This document shows positions 21,652-33,898 of a stretch of DNA of 64,000 nucleotides, in pieces. A model generated the notes under the pieces. It was not told the DNA's origin. It was given only the letters and a program-made list of their open reading frames with translations, and did not search any database. This DNA comes from Cyanophyceae cyanobacterium (lineage in GTDB: Bacteria > Cyanobacteriota > Cyanobacteriia > Cyanobacteriales > Laspinemataceae), in NCBI GenBank assembly GCA_038321985.1, contig JBBQFN010000027.1, forward strand, positions 1 through 64,000, given 5' to 3'. Both the position numbers and the translations under genes were made by a program. Position 1 is the stretch's first letter. Each line of letters begins with the position of its first letter.

Positions 21652-22656
21652 CTATAGTTGTCGCAAAAAGCGTAAATCACTGCTATAAACTCGGCGAATA
21701 TCATCAATTTGATACAACACCATCGCAAACCGTTCTACTCCAAATCCAGCGGCAAATCCTGTATAAACCTCCGGATCATAACCCACCGCTTTTAACACAT
21801 TCGGGTCAACGGTGCCACATCCTAACACTTCCAACCATTTCCCTTTCCACTGCACATCCACCTCCGCTGAAGGTTCAGTGAAGGGGAAATAACTGGGACG
21901 GAACCGCAAGGGTAAATCTTCCCCAAACATTTGGCGGACAAACTCTTTCAATGTGCCTTTGAGGTCCGTGAAAGTAATTCCCTTATCGATCGCCAAAATT
22001 TCAATCTGATGGAACACTGCCGCGTGAGTCGCATCCACCGTATCCCGGCGATAGACCCGTCCAGGGGCCACAATCCGTACCGGAGGTTCATGTTTTTCCA
22101 TGTAGCGAATCTGCACCGGCGAGGTATGGGTGCGTAGCAGGTTACCATCGGGGAGATAGAAGGTATCCTGCATATCCCGCGCTGGATGGTCGGGAGGCGT
22201 GTTCAGGGCCTCGAAATTATAATAGTCCGTTTCCATTTCTGGTCCCGTGGCGACGGTGTATCCCATCCCCACAAAAATATCGATCGCCCGGTCAATCACC
22301 GCATTCAAAGGGTGAATCCGACCCTGGGGACGATACAATCCCGGCATCGTCACATCCAGAGTTTCTGCCGCGAGTTGCCCTTGAATTTGGGCATTGAGTA
22401 AATCCTTGTTCCGCCCTTCCAGTTGGCCTTGCAGCGCTTCCTTGACCTCGTTGGCTAGAGAACCAATTCGGGGTCGGTCCGCAGCCTCTAATTTTCCCAT
22501 ACCTCGCAAGATTTGAGAAAGCTGCCCTTTTTTGCCCAGGTAGTTCACTCGCAATTGTTCGAGCTCATCAAGGGTATTCACCGAGGCGACTGCGCCTACT
22601 GCATCCTGGCGCAGGTTTTCTAGTTGGTTCTCTAAATCACTAAGCTGAGTAGTCAT
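21652..22656 (-). CDS. pheS: Phenylalanine--tRNA ligase alpha subunit
   Basis: [43 protein letters not shown]. Confidence 0.99.
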   Translation of the reverse strand: MTTQLSDLENQLENLRQDAVGAVASVNTLDELEQLRVNYLGKKGQLSQILRGMGKLEAADRPRIGSLANEVKEALQGQLEGRNKDLLNAQIQGQLAAETLDVTMPGLYRPQGRIHPLNAVIDRAIDIFVGMGYTVATGPEMETDYYNFEALNTPPDHPARDMQDTFYLPDGNLLRTHTSPVQIRYMEKHEPPVRIVAPGRVYRRDTVDATHAAVFHQIEILAIDKGITFTDLKGTLKEFVRQMFGEDLPLRFRPSYFPFTEPSAEVDVQWKGKWLEVLGCGTVDPNVLKAVGYDPEVYTGFAAGFGVERFAMVLYQIDDIRRVYSSDLRFLRQL

Positions 22657-22962
22657 GCCACGAGTTTCAATCCATATTTCCCGCCATGACGAGTTTAGCG
22701 TAAAGGGTCACCCCGAATCAGCCTAGAGCAGGGGTAGGAGATAAGGAGCCCACTTACAAGAGTAGTTTTTTTACGTTCAGGGGAATTTGCCTCACAGTTA
22801 AGTGAACTTCCGGTCCCCTCCCCAAGGCATCGGCGAGGGGACAGGAGGTGTAGTTGGGGCCAGGGGTGAAATTGGGCTGATCGACTGAACCCCGAACGGT
22901 TGAAGATTGCACTTCGTGGGATCTGGCACAATGAAAGATGTCCACTTGCGTTCAATGAACTG

Positions 22963-23349
22963 ATGACCATCGTCCTATCCTTTGCAGACATTGCCCGGTA
23001 TCGGTCTGAATTAGCCAATTATCCTGATGCACTCGTTGCCTTGGATGCGATCGAGGATTGTGAGGGAGATATAGAGGATGCGGCGATCGGGCTGGCTATT
23101 CAGGCCGGACAAGAACCGGATACCTCGGAACGGTGGTTAGAAGGGGTTGCCAAACGATGCCGCGCTTTTCTGTGTCAAGCTGACAACCGCACGGCGTTAG
23201 AGGCGGGTAACCTGAATCAAATCATGGAATCCCTGACCCAATCTCGTCTATGTCCGCCCATCTTGGCGACCCCTGTGATTATTTTTGTGTTGGAAACGGG
23301 GGTAGAAACTTTTTGTGAACCTCTGAATTATCAACTCTCATCGGAGTAG
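22963..23349 (+). CDS. Conserved cyanobacterial hypothetical protein
   Basis: Coding-like helical ORF (AIEDCEGDIEDAA); ATG at 22963 chosen as start. Confidence 0.7.
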   Translation: MTIVLSFADIARYRSELANYPDALVALDAIEDCEGDIEDAAIGLAIQAGQEPDTSERWLEGVAKRCRAFLCQADNRTALEAGNLNQIMESLTQSRLCPPILATPVIIFVLETGVETFCEPLNYQLSSE

Positions 23350-23537
23350 AAAAATATGAGCGTTCTTGGGGGATATTTTATCAGAATGCAGTCGCTTTTT
23401 TCTAGGATTAGATTGTTCAAAGCTGATTCTGGGACTGGCGTAATTCACCCCGAGACTCCCCATTTTACCCATTGCTCTTGCTCCTTAATTTGAGTCAAGA
23501 TGATACAGATAGGTTGTTGTTAGCTTTGTTTTTCTGA

Positions 23538-24335
23538 ATGAAACTTTTAATTAGTAACGACGATGGCATTTACTCGCCCGGTGTTTATGCCTTGGCCCAG
23601 ACCCTTAATGCTGCCCACCATGAGGTAACAGTTGTTTGTCCCGATCGCGAACGTTCTGCCACGGGACATGGATTAACCATGCACCATCCCATTCGCGCTG
23701 AAGTGGTGGAATCGGTGTTTGCTCCCGGTATCAAAGCCTGGGCCTGTTCAGGGACCCCGGCAGATTGTGTGAAATTAGCACTGTGGGCTTTATTGGACAG
23801 TCCCCCGGATTTCATCCTCTCTGGAATTAACCGAGGCCAGAATTTAGGGACGGATATCCTCTACTCGGGGACCGTTTCGGCGGCAATGGAAGGAACTATC
23901 GAAGGCATTCCCAGTATTGCTTTTAGTCTGGCGAGTTATGTGTCCCCAGATTTTCAACCCGGGGCAGAATTTGCGGTTTCTTTACTGGCATTTCTGGAAA
24001 AAAACCCGTTACCGGCGTCGATGCTGCTGAATGTCAATATTCCCCCAGGACCCGCAGAGAACTTTGCCGGGGTTGCCCTGACGCGCCAAGGGATTCGCCG
24101 CTATGTGGATATTTTTGAAAAGCGGATTGACCCTCGGGGGAATACTTATTATTGGTTGGCCGGGGAAGTGTTAGAAGAGGTGGAACAGACCCTCGACCCA
24201 AAGCTGGGGGTGAGTTTGCCTACGGATGTAGATGCAATTCGGAAAAATTATATTACCCTGACGCCCCTGCATTACAATTTGACCTCTCCGGTGGGGGTGG
24301 ATTTGTTGCAGGGATGGGAATTTCCCTGGAAATAA
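23538..24335 (+). CDS. surE: 5'/3'-nucleotidase SurE
   Basis: [32 protein letters not shown]. Confidence 0.98.
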   Translation: MKLLISNDDGIYSPGVYALAQTLNAAHHEVTVVCPDRERSATGHGLTMHHPIRAEVVESVFAPGIKAWACSGTPADCVKLALWALLDSPPDFILSGINRGQNLGTDILYSGTVSAAMEGTIEGIPSIAFSLASYVSPDFQPGAEFAVSLLAFLEKNPLPASMLLNVNIPPGPAENFAGVALTRQGIRRYVDIFEKRIDPRGNTYYWLAGEVLEEVEQTLDPKLGVSLPTDVDAIRKNYITLTPLHYNLTSPVGVDLLQGWEFPWK

Positions 24336-25017
24336 GCCCGGTGAGTCCAGCGGTTGTGGGATTGAATGGCGGAACTGATATTGGGTTAGGGAATAGGGGA
24401 ATGCTGTTAGAGAAGCGATCGCACGGATAGGGAGGCCGATTCAACTTTATGAACTTAGGTCAAAAAGGATTGAATGTAAAGTTTTGTAATCAATCGCCGG
24501 TTACCGCGTTGATCCCTGATAGGTAAAGGTAAATTTCCCAGACTAGAGGGGGGCGATCGCCTGGTGATGTATTGAGATATATGACAGCGGATTTACGGGA
24601 AAAAGAAAAGCACAGTAGACTAAGAATTAAAGAAGGAAAGCTATCCCACTCCGTTTCCCTTCCCTTGAATCCGACTCAAACCCAGTGCCGCTCCATTTAG
24701 TTCATACTGTTCTTTAAGGGAATCGTGCTTCTCCCCGGGTGGAGACGCGAGGCGAACGGCCAGGGGCAGATTATCCGATGTCAAACGCGCATTGGAATGT
24801 CAACCCCACTAGATAGCGCTTAATTTGAATCGGCAAGGCCAGTCTCCAGAGCCAATCCAGAGATGGAACACCCTAGGAGCCAACGTCAGAAGGGATAAGA
24901 TCAAGAGCGGGATAACCCCTGCAAGCCCTGAGCTTGCGTTTACAACCAAAGCGACGCCACTGGTGTTGTGTTGACCACAATAGATCCATTACGGTTTTGG
25001 GAAAACGGGAAAGTCGA

Positions 25018-25419
25018 ATGAACGCGCATATCTTCGAGAGTCACTCTGTCTTATGCCCCGTATGCAATCGCTCTGGACAGTCAAATCCAGGGGAGATTTT
25101 GGGCGGACTCTATACCTGCCCTCATTGTCAAGCTCGATTAGTGATTAGTTGGAGCGGTCATTACGTTAGAGACCCCTTCATTTTTAAACAATTGTCTGTG
25201 GCGCGGTTGCTGCGACGTCAGAGTAGCCCAGTGGCTCGGATTCTCAGGGATGTGGGAATTAAAAAACGCCCTTCGGTTTGGGCGGTGTTGGCGGGCGTAG
25301 TAGTCGCCAGTCTGACCTTTGTGACTTTAGAAGGTTGGAGTGGCGATCGCCATCCCTTCGGGCAGTTTCTAGAAGACAATGGCGAGGTGAGGGACTCCTT
25401 TCAGGAGTCTTTGGAATGA
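25018..25419 (+). CDS. Hypothetical zinc-ribbon membrane protein
   Basis: CPVC ... CPHC and a C-terminal hydrophobic helix. Confidence 0.7.
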   Translation: MNAHIFESHSVLCPVCNRSGQSNPGEILGGLYTCPHCQARLVISWSGHYVRDPFIFKQLSVARLLRRQSSPVARILRDVGIKKRPSVWAVLAGVVVASLTFVTLEGWSGDRHPFGQFLEDNGEVRDSFQESLE

Positions 25420-25521
25420 GTCGGTGTCCAGGGGGACACCACTATTCCCCAGCTTAAGTCCCGCAGCGATCGCCCCAAGATGAGAGGTTGGGGCGAGTAT
25501 TTTTTTCTTTGTAGCATTTCG

Positions 25522-27150
25522 TTACCGCAATTCCGGTGTAACTAGCAGCCACCCTTCACCGGCACTCTGAATTTGACTAGACCCGAGATTGAGAGCTTCT
25601 AAGGTGGGGCGATCGATGAGGAAATAAGGATGGTCCTGTTCCCGCCAATACTGTTGGAGTTCGTCTGTGGTAGCGGGAATGACTTGGCGATCGCTATAAA
25701 AATTTAAAGAAGGCCGATAGTAGGGAAATGAGGTGTAAATCGGTTCACCGGGGGGAGTCAGTTGGGCGATCGCCACGGCAACAGGTTTCACAGGATACGA
25801 TTCGTTGAGTTCCCAAACCCAATGGGGTGACGTCACGAATAAACACAGCGAAACGAACATCCCCCAGAACAAAATCAGTATAAATTGTGGGTCCTGGTGA
25901 TAAATGAGCAAGGCGGAGATACTTAGGGTTAACGCTACGGAAATTAACAGAACAGGCAAGTAAGTCCCATAGGTGGGCTCGATGACGCCGAAATAAAAGC
26001 TGCCTCCCCACAACAGGACGGATAGGGTACCGAGAATTGCAATCCAAGCGACGGGATAGAGGGGGTCGCGGTTGAAGGGTTCTACCGTTTTGCGATCGGC
26101 CCAGACTTGAGCCAGTTTTGCACCACAGGCGAGGGCGAGGGCGGGATAAAGCGGTAACACATACCAGGGCAATTTAGTCCCCATCACCGTGATCGCCACA
26201 AAATAGATAATGGTCCAAACCCCGACTAATTTGGCCCAACTCAGGGTGCGATTTTCCCAAGCTAACTGTAATCCCTGGGGTAAAAACAAGAACCAAGGCC
26301 AGGAATATTTCAACAATTCTAATAGATAATACCAGGGCGGGCCAGCGTTACTCTCCACCGGTGCCCACACCCGTTGTAAAGACTGGATGCCAAAATGGGC
26401 CGAGAGAAAGGCATCCCCGTAATGCTGCCATTGGGCCAGATACCAGAGGGTGACGGGGGTCATTCCCAAGGCGATGCCAATCCACAAATACCAAGAACGG
26501 AGCAGGCGAGGGGTATCCCAGAGGGTAAAGGCGAGGGCGATGGTTCCGAGTAAGACTCCCATCATGCCTTTGGTCATGCAAATCAGACCCAAACCGAGGC
26601 CGACCCCCAGACCCCAACGCAAATCCCGGCGCGATCGCAGCAGACACCAAACCATTAATAAGAAAAAGCATTGCACCCCTCCATCTAACATGGCGAGACG
26701 TCCGTGGCGAACCACCGGCAACAGGGTTAGATAGACTAAGGCCGAGAAAATTGCAGGCGATCGCAGGCGAAACACTTCCCGAGCAATTCCATATAGCAGG
26801 GGAACCGACAAAGCCGACAGCATCGCTCCGGGTAACCGTGTCGTCCACTCATTCACCCCCCCGAAAAAATAAGCCCATGCAATCAACAAATGCACTAGAG
26901 GCGGTTTATTAAAATAGGGTTCTCCTCCACTCGTCGGATACAGCCAATCTAATGAACCTTGGTAGATGTCACGGGCGACTCCCGCAACAATGCCCTCATC
27001 CCAGTCTCGTAATGGCAGGACCCCCAGATCGAATTGATAGAGGAGAATTGCTGCAATGAGTAGCAACAGGACCCAGAGTTGTTCGCCCCAATGTTGGGTA
27101 CGAATTGATTTCTTATTTGATTCGTGCAGGGTGAAAATTTCCTGGTACAT
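25522..27150 (-). CDS. Glycosyltransferase family 39 (ArnT/PMT-like) membrane protein
   Basis: DWDEG, YFNKPPL, TKLPWY, many transmembrane segments. Confidence 0.9.
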   Translation of the reverse strand: MYQEIFTLHESNKKSIRTQHWGEQLWVLLLLIAAILLYQFDLGVLPLRDWDEGIVAGVARDIYQGSLDWLYPTSGGEPYFNKPPLVHLLIAWAYFFGGVNEWTTRLPGAMLSALSVPLLYGIAREVFRLRSPAIFSALVYLTLLPVVRHGRLAMLDGGVQCFFLLMVWCLLRSRRDLRWGLGVGLGLGLICMTKGMMGVLLGTIALAFTLWDTPRLLRSWYLWIGIALGMTPVTLWYLAQWQHYGDAFLSAHFGIQSLQRVWAPVESNAGPPWYYLLELLKYSWPWFLFLPQGLQLAWENRTLSWAKLVGVWTIIYFVAITVMGTKLPWYVLPLYPALALACGAKLAQVWADRKTVEPFNRDPLYPVAWIAILGTLSVLLWGGSFYFGVIEPTYGTYLPVLLISVALTLSISALLIYHQDPQFILILFWGMFVSLCLFVTSPHWVWELNESYPVKPVAVAIAQLTPPGEPIYTSFPYYRPSLNFYSDRQVIPATTDELQQYWREQDHPYFLIDRPTLEALNLGSSQIQSAGEGWLLVTPELR

Positions 27151-27680
27151 GATGTTTTAAAAGCAACCAGAGAGAATACGGGGTTTCGGGAGGCCAGGGT
27201 GAGTACAACCGGGAGCAATTTGGTAGAGCGCTCTTACCCCGGTAGGATTGGCTCCTCTACAAATCGTGCAATCTTTCAAAAATCTTAACGGATTCTGGTT
27301 TGGCCCGAGAGTTCGAGTCAACTCCTTTTAGCTTTCCCAATCCCTAGTCGCAAATCTAACATCCCAAACCTATTTTTTTTAAATTGTCAACGGTCCCGAG
27401 AGAGAAAAACCCGGCGATCGCAGTGTTTAGGTTCATTCAGCCCAAAAACCCCAGGGCGATCGCGGGAACTTTCGGTGATAATTTAGCCCCTGGCTGAGAA
27501 CTTTGCACGCCCCCACCCGGCGCATCGCCGTCTCCTCCTGCGTTTTTACTTCGGCGAGGATTAAATGTCTTGATATTTTTTTAATCTCCCCGATTTTTTT
27601 AGAGTCGCTCCGTATAGTAATCAATGACAAACTTAAAAAAAGTTGAGTCAGTCCTGCACCTACCTAAATGATAATTCATC

Positions 27681-29195
27681 ATGAACATTCCTTTTATTCT
27701 AGACCTTGCCATCGGGCTAATTTTTGTTTATTTAATTCTCAGTCTCCTCGCCTCGGAAATTCAAGAATTAATAACTACCCTACTTCAGTGGCGGGCCGAA
27801 CATTTAAAAAAATCAATTGAAGTGTTGATTGGAGGGACGAAAGAAAGTGAAGAAACCCGCAAAGCTAGAATCCTTGCCAATCAACTGTATGCTCACCCCT
27901 TAATCAAAGACCTTAATCAAGAGGCCAAAGGAGCTGTGGCCCAAGGATTTAGAAAAATGGGGTCGGTATTTTTTATACTTTATCAAAAGATGACCCATAC
28001 CGAAAATGTTTTTGGAGAGAATGACGGAGGTCCTTCTTACATTAGTCCTGACTTTTTCGCGGTTACCTTGATGGATATTTTAGGCATTGACAAAATCTCT
28101 CATGCCTTCAGTCTTGCTCGGACAGAAAAGTTTAAACAAGAGCAATTACAAGAAATTTTCAATTTAAGTAAAAATGCAAATCTTAGTGAAATTAACGCTG
28201 CTATTTTCAAGGAAGAGCTAACCGTTTGCGGCCATAATTTTAACGAACTGGTGACGAATTATGCGAACGAAGAAATTACCTTACCCATGTTTGTTGAGTT
28301 AATGGAGGAACGGTTTGGGTTATTTCTGGACAATACGCGGCTGGCTTTTGCCGCCGAAGGGGAAGGGGAAACCTCTGAATTTTTGATCCAGCGAATCACT
28401 GCAATCGGCAAGCGAATTTATGGAGAAGCGGGCAAGAAAGTGCTCTTAAAAAATTTAAAGCCCGAACCTAAAGAAATTGTGGCGAGTCTTCCCCGATACA
28501 AAGAGGTTTATGTAGAGATGCAGCAAATATTTCAGGATAAAGATAGCCCAGCCTATCGGGGAATTGAATCTGCATTTCAAGAGTTGGGTAGAGTGATAGA
28601 ATTATTACCCGAATCTCTCAAGGAAAGTTTAGGAGTCTTAGCAAAACGTGCCCAACAGAAGAATGAGGGCGTGCAAGATACTCTCAATACGTTTCAGCAA
28701 GAAATCGAAATTTGGTTCGATCGCTCGATGGAACGGTCTTCTGGCGTGTACAAACGCAATGCCCGAGGGATTGCAATTTTGATCGGAATTCTGGTGGCAG
28801 CGATCGCCAATGCAGATACCATTTATATTGTGAGTAGCTTGTCAAAAGACCCGGTTTTACGGGCGACAGTCACTCAAAATGCTCAAAGTATAGTTAACGC
28901 CCAACCGATTCACGACCCCCAAGAATTAGAAAATATCAAGGGACAACTGAGAGAATCGCTTCAAGATATCTCTTTACCCATTGGTTGGAGTGAAGTCAAT
29001 ATGAAAGAACAACGGGCTCAAAATCGGCAGTGGCGAATCCCCTTCGTTAAACAATTGGCGGGATGGTTAATCAGTGGAATTGCAATTTCGATGGGGTCAA
29101 GTTTTTGGTTTGATCTCCTGGGTAAGATTGTGAATGTTCGCAATGCCGGAAAGGGGTCATCTTCCACGGATGATCGCTCTTCCCGATCGCTGTAA
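27681..29195 (+). CDS. Hypothetical membrane protein
   Basis: 504-aa ORF with terminal hydrophobic segments. Confidence 0.75.
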   Translation: MNIPFILDLAIGLIFVYLILSLLASEIQELITTLLQWRAEHLKKSIEVLIGGTKESEETRKARILANQLYAHPLIKDLNQEAKGAVAQGFRKMGSVFFILYQKMTHTENVFGENDGGPSYISPDFFAVTLMDILGIDKISHAFSLARTEKFKQEQLQEIFNLSKNANLSEINAAIFKEELTVCGHNFNELVTNYANEEITLPMFVELMEERFGLFLDNTRLAFAAEGEGETSEFLIQRITAIGKRIYGEAGKKVLLKNLKPEPKEIVASLPRYKEVYVEMQQIFQDKDSPAYRGIESAFQELGRVIELLPESLKESLGVLAKRAQQKNEGVQDTLNTFQQEIEIWFDRSMERSSGVYKRNARGIAILIGILVAAIANADTIYIVSSLSKDPVLRATVTQNAQSIVNAQPIHDPQELENIKGQLRESLQDISLPIGWSEVNMKEQRAQNRQWRIPFVKQLAGWLISGIAISMGSSFWFDLLGKIVNVRNAGKGSSSTDDRSSRSL

Positions 29196-29492
29196 AGGGA
29201 TCGAGGCAATAGAAACGGCGATCGCCTGCGATCGCCGTTTTGCATATCCGGAGTCCCTATCGGTTAACTCCCCGGCGATCGTCCTCCGGATGCCGGCAAC
29301 AGCGCTTAATCTCCCAAACCCCAGTCCCTGGAAGTCCTTGTCACCCTGAAGGGAGAAGGTTCCACGAGGCGATCGGCAACCAAAAACCCGTTCCGGACCC
29401 CCTCACTCTTTACCCTATCAACAGCTTACCTATAAAATAGGGGGTAAAATTGATATAATTTGGAGTGTTGATGTGACAGGGGGCTGTCCATA

Positions 29493-30494
29493 ATGACCGA
29501 TCGCATTCAAGAACTGGAAGACCGAAATAGTCAATTAGAGCAGAAAGTCGAACAACTGACTCAACAATTAACTAACCAGGATCAACAACTTCAAGATAGC
29601 TTACAAGAATTGAACCGACTGCAACAGCATCTGCTCCAAATGGAAAAAATGTCGATGCTGGGTCAAATGGTAGCGGGAATTTCCCATGAAATTAATAATC
29701 CTATTAATTTTATTTATGGCAACTTACCCTATGTTGAGGAACACGTAGAAGATCTATTTAAAGTTTTGTCAGCGTATCAAGAAGGATACCCAGACAATGC
29801 CGAAGCGGTAGAGGAAATACTAGAAGAAGTTGAACTCGATTACGTTCTGGAAGATTTGCCTCGGATTATGGGGTCCATCAAAGTTGGGGCGGAACGGATT
29901 CGTGACTTGGTACTGACCCTACGAAATTTCTATCGCTTGGATGAACCGGATATGAAACTTGCCGATTTACAAGAAGGGTTAGAAAGTACCTTAGTGCTAC
30001 TCAACAATCGATATAAACAGAATATCGAAGTAGTTTGTGAATTTGGCAAGGTTCCTAAAATCGAATGTTATATTAATCAAATTAATCAAGTTTTTATGAA
30101 TTTGATTAATAATGCGATCGATTCTTTAGAAGAACCTGAAAAACCCGAGGCAGAAAAATCAGAACGAAAACCAGCTAAAAAGAAAATTATTATCAAAACC
30201 GAAGAATTGCCGAATAATCGGGTTGCTATTACGGTTTCTGATAACGGTCCCGGAATTCCTCCCGATATTGAAAATCGGGTTTTCGAGCCATTTTTTACCA
30301 CCAAAGCGATGGGGGTAGGAACGGGATTAGGATTATCAATTTCTAAAAAAATTATTGAAGAAAACCATCACGGAAAAATATTTTGTACTTCCGACCTGAC
30401 CGCAGGCAGTACCTTTACGGTAGAACTACCTCGGTCTCAACCCAAAGAGGCCGAAGAGTCGGCGGAGTCACAAAAACCAGCAGTTCAGGTTTAG
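29493..30494 (+). CDS. Histidine kinase (coiled coil + HisKA + HATPase), no evident sensor domain
   Basis: [35 protein letters not shown]. Confidence 0.93.
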   Translation: MTDRIQELEDRNSQLEQKVEQLTQQLTNQDQQLQDSLQELNRLQQHLLQMEKMSMLGQMVAGISHEINNPINFIYGNLPYVEEHVEDLFKVLSAYQEGYPDNAEAVEEILEEVELDYVLEDLPRIMGSIKVGAERIRDLVLTLRNFYRLDEPDMKLADLQEGLESTLVLLNNRYKQNIEVVCEFGKVPKIECYINQINQVFMNLINNAIDSLEEPEKPEAEKSERKPAKKKIIIKTEELPNNRVAITVSDNGPGIPPDIENRVFEPFFTTKAMGVGTGLGLSISKKIIEENHHGKIFCTSDLTAGSTFTVELPRSQPKEAEESAESQKPAVQV

Positions 30495-30558
30495 GAAGGC
30501 CGGAAATTTTTAAGGTTTAATTCAGTACATTAATTGCGGTGACCTGAGCGAAAAACTC

Positions 30559-31854
30559 TTAAAAAATAAAGATAATTTTAAGCTGCCAAACTTTGCCTTG
30601 GCGACAGATTTCGATTTGGCGAATGAATTCCCGAAAGTAGAATCGCCGTTCGGTTTCAGATAAATCGAGCCAAAATTGAGGCAAAGAAACAGCTTGGGCC
30701 GTTTCGCGGAGGTTAACCGGGGGCAGTTGTGCCAGTTGACTTTGGAGGTGGGAAATTTCTGTGCTGAGTTTGTAACGGCGCAAATCCGCAGTCTCGGGAT
30801 CTAAGATACCGTCTTCCCGCAGTTGGGGCAGTTGCGTCAAAATCTGTTGCTTGGTGGCGATCGCCCCTTGAATCTGCTGCTTAATTCCCCCAATTTGGCC
30901 CATTTCTAACCCCGCAACAGCGCGCGGTAACTCTTGACAGACCTGGGCGATCGCCTGCTGTAATACGGCGTCGTAGGGAACAGATTTACATTTAGGCTGA
31001 CGTAGACATCCGGTGGGGCGCAAATACAAATACTCCCGACTGCCCTGATGCGCCCTCGCCTGAGAGACTGCCATTGAGGAATGACACTCCCCACAGACCA
31101 CCAATCCCGCCAAGGAACGGGGTGCACTGGCAGTACGCGGGGGGATTCGTCGATTACGGCGCAGGAGGCGATCGACTTGCGCGGCTTCCTCTCGGGAGAC
31201 GATCGCCACATGAGTATTGGAGAGTACCAACCCATTTTTATAAGCCAAATCTCCCCGATAAGTGGGATTTGTCAACCATCGCCGTCCCGTCGTCACGGAA
31301 ATTTTTTTGCTGTGTTTCCGCTCTAAATAGCGCACGGCACCGCGTAAAGACCCGTAGAGGAGAAATTGCTCAAAAAAGTCTTTAACAACGGCAGCAGCAG
31401 CACGATCGAGGGCATAGCGGTCTTTGCCGCGTCGATACCCGAAGGGGGCTTTTCCCGGTGGGGGAATTGCTTGGATACGATTTTTGGCGTGTCCTTTGCG
31501 AATTTGACGAGAACGTTGCACGCTTTCAATTTCCGAGAGGAGTTTCAGCAGTTCCGTGCGCGTCAGGGGGGCGTCAAGGGTAGCCGTTGCATTTTCCGTG
31601 GCAATAATTTGGACTTTAAGTTCTTCCAATTCTGCCATGCGATCGCAAACATCGCGAACCGAGTCCCCCAATTCTTCAATCCGACGAATTAACAAATAAT
31701 CGGCGGTTTCCTCTTGACACTCATTCAGTAGTTGTTGCAGGTGAGTGCGATCGCCTAAATCTCGATACACGCGATCGACTTCCCATCCCCAAATTGCCGG
31801 ATCACTGGGAGATTCTAATAGCGGGTCACTATATAAATAGGCAATAATTTTCAT
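30559..31854 (-). CDS. Large serine recombinase family protein, degenerate catalytic domain
   Basis: APFGYRR recombinase motif, zinc ribbon LAGLVVCGEC, coiled coil; no Y-x-R-x-S motif. Confidence 0.8.
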   Translation of the reverse strand: MKIIAYLYSDPLLESPSDPAIWGWEVDRVYRDLGDRTHLQQLLNECQEETADYLLIRRIEELGDSVRDVCDRMAELEELKVQIIATENATATLDAPLTRTELLKLLSEIESVQRSRQIRKGHAKNRIQAIPPPGKAPFGYRRGKDRYALDRAAAAVVKDFFEQFLLYGSLRGAVRYLERKHSKKISVTTGRRWLTNPTYRGDLAYKNGLVLSNTHVAIVSREEAAQVDRLLRRNRRIPPRTASAPRSLAGLVVCGECHSSMAVSQARAHQGSREYLYLRPTGCLRQPKCKSVPYDAVLQQAIAQVCQELPRAVAGLEMGQIGGIKQQIQGAIATKQQILTQLPQLREDGILDPETADLRRYKLSTEISHLQSQLAQLPPVNLRETAQAVSLPQFWLDLSETERRFYFREFIRQIEICRQGKVWQLKIIFIF

Positions 31855-32217
31855 TTAAACTTGAGTCAGTTCTATTACATTGCCATCGGGGTCTTGAGTA
31901 AATAAAGCAGCACGTCCGGAGGCACTGATTTGAACCGCACAATCATGGGCGAGCAAATGGGCTTTCGCTGTTTCTAAGTTGGCAACTCCCAAAGCAAGGT
32001 GAGGATTGCGTCCCAGTTTTTCCCCATTGGCGAGGGTCAAATTAAGGGTTTTATCAACAATTAAGTGCAGTTGAACCGTACCAACTTGATACCATATTCC
32101 GGCATAACTAAACGGGCGATCTACTTTTTGAAGCCCCAGAACCGTACTATAAAACTGTTCGGCCTGCTCCAAGTCAGAGACTAAAATGGCAGCATGAAGA
32201 TATTGAATAATTTGCAT
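31855..32217 (-). CDS. VOC/glyoxalase family protein
   Basis: LHAAILVSDL, FYSTVLGL, DPDGNVIEL. Confidence 0.9.
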   Translation of the reverse strand: MQIIQYLHAAILVSDLEQAEQFYSTVLGLQKVDRPFSYAGIWYQVGTVQLHLIVDKTLNLTLANGEKLGRNPHLALGVANLETAKAHLLAHDCAVQISASGRAALFTQDPDGNVIELTQV

Positions 32218-32331
32218 AGGACATCCTCGAAAAAATAGCGGTATTTTGATTAAAAACTCGGCGGTGGGAAATTTGTTTGGGGGGTTTTATATGCTAAAAG
32301 GGAGGGAGTTTCTTTTTTTTCTTAGAGTTCT

Positions 32332-32598
32332 ATGTCACAACAACCTTCTCTCAATCCCTGGAATTATAAACCCTGGTGGTGTCAGCCCTGGTCAATTCTG
32401 TTAACGGGTATTACCTTGATTGTTGGCAGTTGGCTGGTGTTTCACAAACTCTGGGTGACGGCAGTCGTTGCGGTCCCTCTGGTGGTGTGGATGGGGTTTT
32501 TCTTATTAGTTTGGCCGAGGTTGATGATTGAAAGTGGGATTTTGGAGCGTTACGAAGCCGGGTTAGGGGAACGGGGAAGGATTGAAGAGGAAGGGTAA
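32332..32598 (+). CDS. Small conserved cyanobacterial membrane protein
   Basis: WNYKPWWCQPWSILLTG then two hydrophobic helices. Confidence 0.75.
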   Translation: MSQQPSLNPWNYKPWWCQPWSILLTGITLIVGSWLVFHKLWVTAVVAVPLVVWMGFFLLVWPRLMIESGILERYEAGLGERGRIEEEG

Positions 32599-33091
32599 GG
32601 CTAGACACAGTTTTTACAGCAATATCATAGTTTGATGCTTTTGTTGAGGTTTTTTTGGAGTGGGGCGATCGCCCCAGGAGCGAAGGGGCTAAACTTGAAT
32701 TCCTCTCAGCGGTCATCTCAGCAGCAACATAGGGGTCCTAAGCTGGCCGGTGTAAAAGAAATTGGCGCGTAGATAACGGGCTAATTTTGGACTAACACTG
32801 TCACTCGGGATGTAGCAATCGCGCATCCCGTCTCCGAAAGATTTACCCATTCCCGTGATAACTGCTAGACGAAAGGGGGAAAATTATCTAGTAAGTGTTG
32901 AGCAAACGCAGTTACCTTTAATACATTTATCTTAACTTTCTAGCGCTCTTAATTTTGTTTTAATTATTTATAGGAAGGTTTCGTCGCAATTAGTGCAGGA
33001 GTCTGGCTTCCCAGCCAGGTGGGTTGGAGAACGCAAAGCGTGCATCTACGAGGGCTCCATCAAACGTCAGAACGCTGAAGGGAACAGATAT

Positions 33092-33898
33092 ATGTTGCTG
33101 ACGACTAGCATCCTCGCTCGAAATAACGTTAATCTGCTGGGTCAGGGCAGTCAAACGATTATTTTCGCCCACGGATTTGGGACGGATCAAACCGCGTGGC
33201 ACAACCAGGTTAAGGTATTCGAGTCAAAGTATCGAATCGTATTGTTTGATTTAGTCGGCTGCGGTCACTCCGATTTATCCGCTTATAGTCCGCGCCGCTA
33301 CAGTAGTTTGTACAGCTATGCTGAGGACCTACTGGACTTGTGCCACGAGATCAAACTTCAAGAGTGTATTTTTGTGGGTCACTCCGTGAGTGGGATGGTG
33401 GGGGTACTGGCGGGATTATCCGACCCGAAACGCTTCAGGCAACTGATTTTATTAAATTCATCTCCGCGCTATCTGAACGATCAGGGATATGTAGGGGGAT
33501 TCGAGCAATCTGATCTCGATGGAGTTTATAGGGCAATGTCCTCGAATTATCACGCATGGGCCAGCGGTTTTGCCCAGTTAGTGATGGGGAATCCGGACAA
33601 ACCAGAATTAGCACTCGGCTTTGCCAAAACCCTGCAAGCGATGCGTCCCGATATTGCGGTAGCCACGGCCAAAACTATATTTCAGTCCGACCACCGGGCG
33701 GACTTACCCGGCCTGCAAGTTCCGACGGCCATACTTCAGTCCACCCACGATCCAGCCGTACCCACAGCAGTCGGGGAGTATATGGCCGAAAAATTTTCTA
33801 ACAGTACACTCATTCCCATCGTCTCGGATGGACACTTACCCCACTTGAGTACACCAGAAAAGGTATCAAAGGCGATCGCATCATGTTTTTCCACTTGA
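33092..33898 (+). CDS. RsbQ/KAI2/D14-like alpha/beta hydrolase
   Basis: ILARNNV, AHGFGTDQ, GHSVSGM, SPRYLND, GHLPHLS; ATG at 33092 chosen as start. Confidence 0.9.
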   Translation: MLLTTSILARNNVNLLGQGSQTIIFAHGFGTDQTAWHNQVKVFESKYRIVLFDLVGCGHSDLSAYSPRRYSSLYSYAEDLLDLCHEIKLQECIFVGHSVSGMVGVLAGLSDPKRFRQLILLNSSPRYLNDQGYVGGFEQSDLDGVYRAMSSNYHAWASGFAQLVMGNPDKPELALGFAKTLQAMRPDIAVATAKTIFQSDHRADLPGLQVPTAILQSTHDPAVPTAVGEYMAEKFSNSTLIPIVSDGHLPHLSTPEKVSKAIASCFST

